From an uncultured Bacteroidota bacterium (lineage in GTDB: Bacteria > Bacteroidota > Ignavibacteria > UBA10030 > UBA8401): DNA of 64,000 bases. Position numbers and translations under genes: made by a program. This document shows, in pieces, positions 58,053 to 64,000 of this stretch; the first letter of the stretch is position 1, and the number at the start of each line of letters is the position of its first letter. Under the pieces are notes generated by a model that had not been told where the DNA came from, made no database searches, and saw only the letters and a list, made by a program, of their open reading frames with translations. Location of the stretch: contig CAWGZY010000003.1 of the NCBI GenBank assembly GCA_963827085.1, positions 1,372,856 through 1,436,855 of the forward strand, in the 5' to 3' direction.

Positions 58053-58150
58053 AATATTCCTTACCGTTTTGTTCTTTTTTTAAACCTCTCGTCAGGTCTG
58101 TCTTAAGAATTCATCGGCATTCTGTATCGCATGGATATAATTTCTTCCGT

Positions 58151-59947
58151 TCACTCGGCCTTTTTGCCGGTTGCACGGAAAGCGGCCAGCTCGACACTGA
58201 TTTTCTCGAGAACAGATTCTTTCAACGGGTAGAGGAACATAAATCCTGCCGCGAGCAATGCCCCGATGGCAGGGTAAATACTCAGCATCATGCGGATACC
58301 ATTTTGTGTGCTTTCGGCCTGTTCAACATTGGCCTGGTAGCCGTAGATCGCTAAAATCCATCCTACCATTGCAATACCTATCGAAGCTCCGAACTTCTGC
58401 GACATGGATGCAGCGGAGAAGACCAATCCTGTGGCACGGCGACTGTTTTTCCATTCGGAATAATCAGCCGTGTCGGCATACATCGACCAGACTAACGGGA
58501 ATATGATGCCGGCACTAATACTGATCAAGAACTGAAACGCAAAAATCATCACAATGTTGGTCCTGTCCAGGAAGAAGAAAATAAAACTTAGGATGGCAGC
58601 AATAACCATAGCAGCCATGAATGTGCCCCTCTTACCGATCTTATCGGAAACGGGTCTCGCCAGAACAACTCCGATAATGTTTGCCGCTTGTCCCAATAAC
58701 AGGTAAATAGTACTGATGGCAAGGATCGTGGAGGGATTGAATTCGATATTCTTCATCCCTTTGAAATAATACAAGAAGTAGTACACAGCCGCTCCATCGC
58801 GGATCGTGTTAAAGAAGATTGTAGAAATGCTGGCCCCAATAATGATAAACCACGGACCATTCCTTACGAGGTCTTTCAGATCGTCTTTAAGAGGAGTCTT
58901 AACATCAATCGGTTTTACTTTTTCCCGGGTAAGGGAAAAAGTCAACAGGAAAAAGATTACTGCAAGAATGGCAATGACAATCAATGCCTTTTGGGTTCCC
59001 GAGCGGTAATCAATCTCCTTCAGTGAAATGTTTCGGATCGCGATAGATTTTTCGTCAATACCCTTACACGCAAACTTGAGGTCTGCAAGGTTAGCCAGAT
59101 TATCGCCGGTTGTAATTTGGTCCAATTTTATTTTCACGTCGCTGGTAGAGCCGTTACGCGATAATCCAAGCGTATCTTTTCCTTCAGCAAAATTAAACCC
59201 GGAATATTGATTAGTTCTTGTATTGAAAACGCCGAGACTAAAAGCATCTTTTGTGCTGGTATTCACTTTTGCCGTAATAAAAAGAAGTGAATCAACGGGA
59301 TTTGTGAGAGCCGAATTCTCTACGGTTCCATCCCACACGATTAATTTACCCGTCGCTTTTGTCACCGTATCCGTCACTTCAATGGTTTTCGAAGTTGTGT
59401 ATTCGTTGAACGTTCGTGTTCCAAATCCATCGAAAAGAGGCTGGAAGAGAGCCAAAACCAGAAAACTTCCGCCGAAAGCAAAGATGAAACGGTACGTGGC
59501 GAGGGTTGTCCTCTGTTTCCCATCATTCGTCATGACACCCATAAGTGAAGCATACGGAACATTGATCAGGGAATAGATGATCATCATCAAAGAGTACGTA
59601 ACATAAGCATACACTATTTTTCCGCTTGTGCTTATGTTAGGAGTAGTAAACGTCAGCACTACGATAATGCCAATCGGTAATGCCATCCACAGCAGGTAGG
59701 GCCTGAATTTTCCCCAGCGCGTGTTGGTGCGGTCGCCTAATATACCGACGAGAGGATCGAATGCAGCATCGCCAACGCGGGTTACCAGCAGCATAGTGCC
59801 TACAACAGCTGCCGGAATGCCGAAGATATCGGTATAAAAGAACATGAGGTACATTCCGAAGAGCTTCCAGAACATCGATGAGGCGGCATCGCCAAAGCCA
59901 TAGCCGATTTTCTCACTCAGTTTCAAGGGTTCCAATGGTTCTGTCAT
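58151..59947 (-). CDS. MFS transporter of the glycoside-pentoside-hexuronide (GPH):cation symporter family with a large central hydrophilic insertion
   Basis: The GPH N-terminus is GYGFGDAASSMFWKLFGMYLMFFYTDIFGIPAAVVGTMLLVTRVGDAAFDPLVGILGDRT. An insertion of about 190 aa without transmembrane segments (FGTRTFNEYTTSKTIEVTD...SLKEIDYRSGTQKA) lies between the two 6-TM halves. The protein is 598 aa. Confidence 0.85.
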   Translation of the reverse strand: MTEPLEPLKLSEKIGYGFGDAASSMFWKLFGMYLMFFYTDIFGIPAAVVGTMLLVTRVGDAAFDPLVGILGDRTNTRWGKFRPYLLWMALPIGIIVVLTFTTPNISTSGKIVYAYVTYSLMMIIYSLINVPYASLMGVMTNDGKQRTTLATYRFIFAFGGSFLVLALFQPLFDGFGTRTFNEYTTSKTIEVTDTVTKATGKLIVWDGTVENSALTNPVDSLLFITAKVNTSTKDAFSLGVFNTRTNQYSGFNFAEGKDTLGLSRNGSTSDVKIKLDQITTGDNLANLADLKFACKGIDEKSIAIRNISLKEIDYRSGTQKALIVIAILAVIFFLLTFSLTREKVKPIDVKTPLKDDLKDLVRNGPWFIIIGASISTIFFNTIRDGAAVYYFLYYFKGMKNIEFNPSTILAISTIYLLLGQAANIIGVVLARPVSDKIGKRGTFMAAMVIAAILSFIFFFLDRTNIVMIFAFQFLISISAGIIFPLVWSMYADTADYSEWKNSRRATGLVFSAASMSQKFGASIGIAMVGWILAIYGYQANVEQAESTQNGIRMMLSIYPAIGALLAAGFMFLYPLKESVLEKISVELAAFRATGKKAE

Positions 59948-60404
59948 ATGGTTTGAGATTTGAATGTTGGTATTGAATTCAGAATTTTACAGCAAGCTGG
60001 TTGCTAGTCTAGTGATTTGTTGGTTCAAAATCAATATACGATCTACTATTATTCTGAAACGAGTTCAAAACAATACCTGCATTCCAGAGAGCCGGATGTC
60101 ATACCGGGCTTCTTTTTAGTATTGATTGTCCCGGCGATTAAGGCTACATTCGTCAATGTTAAACGCCCGAATTTGGAGCAATGCGGGGGCGGTTGGGAAG
60201 AAATTGAACCTCTGGATTCAAGAGATGATGGAGGTTTTTATTTTTCACGATATTGAGAGCATTTTATTCACTTTAGTTTGCCAATTTACTAACTTAGCAT
60301 TGCTACGTAAACTAGGGGCAGATTAAAGCGACAAAGGCCGATTTACGACGCTGAATAGCTGTAGATAGCGGTTGACCTTGGTAAAAAACAACGGAGATGC
60401 CCCC

Positions 60405-63164
60405 ATGAAAACGCTCCCCTCTTTGCTGATTGCGTTGTCGATCATATCCTACCATAGTGAATCAGCCTCCACAAAATTCATTACTGCGCGCGATGGGAAA
60501 AAGATGGTTTTGATCCCGGGGGGTACTTTTCGCATGGGCTCGGAAAAAGGTTACCATGAGGAGTCGCCTGTCCATTCTGTGAAAGTGGCAAGCTTTTACA
60601 TGGACCAGCAATTGGTTACCAACCACGAATTCAAAGTCTTTTGTGATTCGACAAAAACATCCTATCCGGCGGATCCTCGCTGGGAAGAAATGCCCAATTA
60701 CTTTCTCGGCTATCCGGAGTACCCCGTTGTAAATGTCAGTCTGGATCGGGCTTCAGCGTATGCGTCGTGGGCCGGGAAACGAATTCCGACCGAGGCAGAA
60801 TGGGAATACGCCGCGAGCGGAGGTTTGGAGCAGCCGCTTTATCCCTGGGGCAATGCGGTACCCGATGCCTCCAGGGCAAAATTTGCCGACCGTAATTCGA
60901 ATTTCGAATGGCGTGATTTCCGCATCGCCACGCCGTGGAAATATACTGCCCCGGTGGGTTCATTCCCGCCCAACGGGTATGGTTTGTATGACATGGCAGG
61001 CAATGTTTATCAATGGACGACCGAATGGTTTTTCCGTTATGACGATACGGTGCGCGACACGGTACAATTTGAAGACGGCTGGGGAGGAAGCAAAGTTGTT
61101 CGCGGTGGATGTTATTATTCTGATGCTTTCGATCTTCGTGTGGCGCGCCGGCGGCTCCAACCCTCGGGCACTCAATTTTTTTCGATCGGATTTCGCTGCG
61201 TGAAAGATGTTGAAACCGACAGTTCAGCGACAGCGAAAACCTCTCCAGCAGAAAAGAAAAAACAAAACACTGCCTCGGATGCCTGGAAGCAAAAATTGGA
61301 TACTCCTCGGGTACTAACGCCGGCCGGTTTGCGCCTTTGCCTGGGCGAATCCGACGAAATATCCCCGAAAGATGCCCGGCGTTTTAAAAATGCGGGCTTC
61401 TCGAGCGTGGAATTCTATCTGACCTGGGAGTCGGTGGAAAACAAGAGAGAGAATCAATGGGATTTTTCGGCTTGGGACAAACAAGTAGAGATTGTGAAGA
61501 AAGCAGGGTTAAAATGGACTGCATTTATCATCGCCGGTCCTGCGTACTCACTTCCAGACTGGTACAGAAACAGCAAAAACTTTGTCGGACTGCGCTGTCT
61601 TGAGCACAATATTGAGAGCAAGGTAAGTACGATTTGGGATACGAGCTTTTACCGTTACGTCGATCGCTTCCTTGCACGGGTTGCCGAGCAGTATGGAAAT
61701 TCAGGAACACTCGAAGGGGTTCTTCTTGGAATCAGCGGAGATTTCGGCGAAGCCATTTATCCTGTCTGGCACGGAGATTGGCCTCTCACGATAGCCGGGC
61801 TCTATCATTCACACGCGGGGTATTGGTGCAACGATCGATATGCCAGGGGGGATTTCATTACACATATGCGGAGAAAATTCAACAATGATCTTGCCGCGCT
61901 GAATAACTCTTGGGGGACGTCGTTTGAATCTTTCGCCTCAGTGGCCATGCCTCCGGTGCATACGGATCCCGTCGAGGGGTTTCGTATTGATGAACTCACC
62001 TACAAGGGAGATTTTACGTTGAAGACGCAGCAAGATCGAAGAAGGTGGATCGACTTCATCGAATGGTATCGGGCGTCAATGACACGCCATGCCGATGTGT
62101 GGATGCAGCTGGGCCGGAAATACTTTCCGGATATTCCGGTGTACCTCTGTACGGGGGGCGATGCGAATTCAAGTCAGGGTTCCAATTTTGCCGATCAATG
62201 TAAGGTGGCGGCACAGTATCACGGCGGAATACGAATTACCAACGAAGCGACCGATTTCGGATTGAACTTCACGTTGACAAATTGGGTAACGACAGCCTCG
62301 CATCTCTACGGCAACCAGTTTGGGTTTGAACCTGCGGGAGGTGTGTTGGATCTGGGAGTGGTTTCCCGGATTTATAACGCGGCAACAGCGGGTGTCGACG
62401 AATTTATGACCTATGCCGGGAATATCAATGACAGGGAAGACAAGATGGATCTTTTTCTGAAATATGTCTCTTTGATAAAAACAAACACTCCAAGCAAGGA
62501 AGGGGCTTTTCTTTATCCGGATCTTGACCTAGTCATGGGAAATATCGAATTTATGCAGAATCTGGTCCCTTTTGTTTCAATGCTCCGCGACTATTCCGAC
62601 GTCCTTTTTGCCGATGATCGGCTGATCGGGGATGGCGTGTTGCAGCGGGCAACATGGATGATGGTTTATGATGCACACTGGTTTAGAAAACAATCGCTGG
62701 AAAAAATTTTGACATGGGTCGAGAACGGCGGCCTGTTGATCGCCGGCAATACGGATTCCCTCTGTTCGATTGAGGACGGGCAGAACTATTTTCCCCGTTT
62801 GTTCAACACCAAAGGCGGCGAGAAGAAAGTCGGAAACGGAGCCACATTGTACATTCGGCACAAACTCACCGGAGTAAAAAAAGTCGCCCCCGTCCGCGAA
62901 ATGAAGCCGGGAGAGAAACCGCAGGAAGGTTCATGCGAGCTGTATCAATCCCTCCTTTTCGATCCGACAACAAAATTTCTGAACAGTCACGGAATTGTCC
63001 TCCCTGACGGAAAAATCGACAGAGTCTACACGGCCATCGTCGGTTCCAAGATGTTGATTCTCAATCACACGAGAGAAAGGGTTGTTCGCGACATCGCTGT
63101 TTCAAACAAGGATATCCGGAAGGTTTCTCTCGACGGAAATTCCATAACAGAAATAAATAAGTGA
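60405..63164 (+). CDS. Secreted fusion protein: N-terminal FGE-sulfatase-fold (SUMF1/DUF323) domain + C-terminal GH42-like (beta-galactosidase-like TIM barrel plus trimerisation-like) domain
   Basis: The signal peptide is MKTLPSLLIALSIISY, with GGAGA 8 nt upstream of the ATG at 60405. FGE-fold motifs are KMVLIPGGTFRMGS, NGYGLYDMAGNVYQWT, VVRGGCYY and IGFRCV. C-terminal features are WDFSAWDKQVEIVKKAGLKWTAFII, LLGISGDFGE and VENGGLLIAG. Confidence 0.75.
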   Translation: MKTLPSLLIALSIISYHSESASTKFITARDGKKMVLIPGGTFRMGSEKGYHEESPVHSVKVASFYMDQQLVTNHEFKVFCDSTKTSYPADPRWEEMPNYFLGYPEYPVVNVSLDRASAYASWAGKRIPTEAEWEYAASGGLEQPLYPWGNAVPDASRAKFADRNSNFEWRDFRIATPWKYTAPVGSFPPNGYGLYDMAGNVYQWTTEWFFRYDDTVRDTVQFEDGWGGSKVVRGGCYYSDAFDLRVARRRLQPSGTQFFSIGFRCVKDVETDSSATAKTSPAEKKKQNTASDAWKQKLDTPRVLTPAGLRLCLGESDEISPKDARRFKNAGFSSVEFYLTWESVENKRENQWDFSAWDKQVEIVKKAGLKWTAFIIAGPAYSLPDWYRNSKNFVGLRCLEHNIESKVSTIWDTSFYRYVDRFLARVAEQYGNSGTLEGVLLGISGDFGEAIYPVWHGDWPLTIAGLYHSHAGYWCNDRYARGDFITHMRRKFNNDLAALNNSWGTSFESFASVAMPPVHTDPVEGFRIDELTYKGDFTLKTQQDRRRWIDFIEWYRASMTRHADVWMQLGRKYFPDIPVYLCTGGDANSSQGSNFADQCKVAAQYHGGIRITNEATDFGLNFTLTNWVTTASHLYGNQFGFEPAGGVLDLGVVSRIYNAATAGVDEFMTYAGNINDREDKMDLFLKYVSLIKTNTPSKEGAFLYPDLDLVMGNIEFMQNLVPFVSMLRDYSDVLFADDRLIGDGVLQRATWMMVYDAHWFRKQSLEKILTWVENGGLLIAGNTDSLCSIEDGQNYFPRLFNTKGGEKKVGNGATLYIRHKLTGVKKVAPVREMKPGEKPQEGSCELYQSLLFDPTTKFLNSHGIVLPDGKIDRVYTAIVGSKMLILNHTRERVVRDIAVSNKDIRKVSLDGNSITEINK

Positions 63165-63389
63165 ATCGGAACAGATAATTACTCACTCATGCTGTACAAA
63201 ACGTCAATAGCATTGCCACGAAGGCCCAAAGTCACGAACGAATACATATTTTTTATTAATGGACATTGCAGAATGAATCGTTCTTTAAAAAGTCTTCGTG
63301 CCTTTTGCTAACGGCATCCCGTTAGGAGAGGTAAGCCCTTTAAACCCTGCGTAACATCCGATACAAAATTTTTCAAAAGGAACTATTTT

Positions 63390-64000
63390 ATGACGGTTAC
63401 TGACAGATCAATCGAACAGGTTTCAAATACTTCGCAGAAATCACAAAATGGAATGTACCGCGGTCCGTTTGCTATCATGACCACGTTGTTCTTCATGTGG
63501 GGTTTCATGACGGCATGGAATGACATTCTTATTCCCCGTTTCAAAGAAGCATTCACATTGAATTATTTTCAGGCGATGCTTGTGCAGTTTGCCTTTTTCG
63601 GCGCTTATTTTGTCGGATCGCTGCTCTATTTTACAACTTCCGTAATCATAGGGGACCCTATTGCGAAGATCGGGTATAAAAACAGCATTGTCATAAGTCT
63701 ATTGATTTCGGCATTTGGAAGCGCAATCTTTTGGCCCGCTGCAACCATCCCTTCTTATCCTTTGTTTCTTGTCGCGCTGTTCATTGTAGGACTTGGTTTT
63801 GCGATGCTGCAAATCGCGGCTAACCCATACGTGACCATCCTCGGTCCTGAGCGCACTGCTTCTAGCCGGCTGAATCTCGCTCAAGGGTTTAATTCGGTCG
63901 GTACAACCATCGGTCCGTTGATTGGCGGTTACTTAATCTTTCAATACTTCAACCACGCCGGCGTGCAGGGAGCTGATTCAGTGAAAGTGCCGTATCTTGC
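63390..64000 (+). CDS. FucP-family MFS sugar:H+ symporter (L-fucose / glucose-galactose permease-like), 3'-truncated by the window edge
   Basis: FFMWGFMTAWNDILIPRFKEAFTLNYFQAMLVQFAFFGAYFVGSL and LNLAQGFNSVGTTIGP match the FucP family. The frame stays open to 64000. Confidence 0.85.
   Translation, partial: MTVTDRSIEQVSNTSQKSQNGMYRGPFAIMTTLFFMWGFMTAWNDILIPRFKEAFTLNYFQAMLVQFAFFGAYFVGSLLYFTTSVIIGDPIAKIGYKNSIVISLLISAFGSAIFWPAATIPSYPLFLVALFIVGLGFAMLQIAANPYVTILGPERTASSRLNLAQGFNSVGTTIGPLIGGYLIFQYFNHAGVQGADSVKVPYL

Noticed and set aside
1-64000. CRISPR arrays, transposases, integrases, phage genes, tRNA or rRNA genes
   Set aside because: None of the following was found by eye: direct-repeat and spacer periodicity, DDE or tyrosine recombinase motifs, or tRNA-like cloverleaf sequences.

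Overview
This 64-kb window looks like a glycan-utilization region of an FCB-group bacterium (Bacteroidota/Ignavibacteriota/Calditrichota-like, about 50% GC). Eight proteins end in the type IX secretion C-terminal sorting domain (QNYPNPFNP...YFY[KR]L...KKMLLLK, TIGR04183-like), which drives that placement.

Plus strand, 1-8.5 kb: a GH31 (5' partial, with an inserted PA14 domain), a TAT-exported GH13 alpha-glucosidase, a GH35-like hydrolase and a second GH31.

Minus strand, 8.7-44.6 kb: a co-directional array of 16 genes. In transcription order these are xylose isomerase, GH31+PA14, Na+/solute symporter, GH51+PA14, CE2/SGNH esterase, an 820-bp leader carrying two GCAAACGTTTGC palindromes, a TonB-dependent receptor with no SusD partner, a beta-helix protein, a clan GH-A hydrolase, a lectin-like repeat protein, GH2 and a GH59 galactocerebrosidase homolog. 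The array then runs through CotH kinase-like protein, beta-propeller-like protein, tandem-duplicated giant protein and a second CotH, and ends in a LacI regulator. All four genes between the GH59 and LacI are T9SS cargo.

45.4-52.2 kb is a signalling cluster. It holds a CheY-like regulator, a double zinc-ribbon protein and a GspE/PilB-family ATPase whose N1 domain and ATPase core lie in different frames, separated at an A5 homopolymer. It also holds a 953-aa hybrid histidine kinase with duplicated PAS domains and two receiver domains, a translationally coupled receiver protein, and a convergent receiver-kinase fusion.

52-64 kb carries an aldo-keto reductase, a second beta-helix paralog, a lipocalin-like protein, a GH5-like lipoprotein, a GlcG-like protein and a GPH symporter with a large inserted loop. 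It ends with an FGE-sulfatase-fold domain fused to a GH42-like domain and the 5' end of a FucP-family sugar permease.

No rRNA, tRNA, CRISPR array or mobile-element gene was found.

Four sequence-level oddities stand out. A 105-nt junction module (hairpin plus start-codon region) is duplicated at 14.5 kb and 24.0 kb. A small family of hairpins shares a CCTGCAG stem. PA14 domains are inserted at three different positions in three hydrolases. The GspE gene is interrupted by a frameshift.
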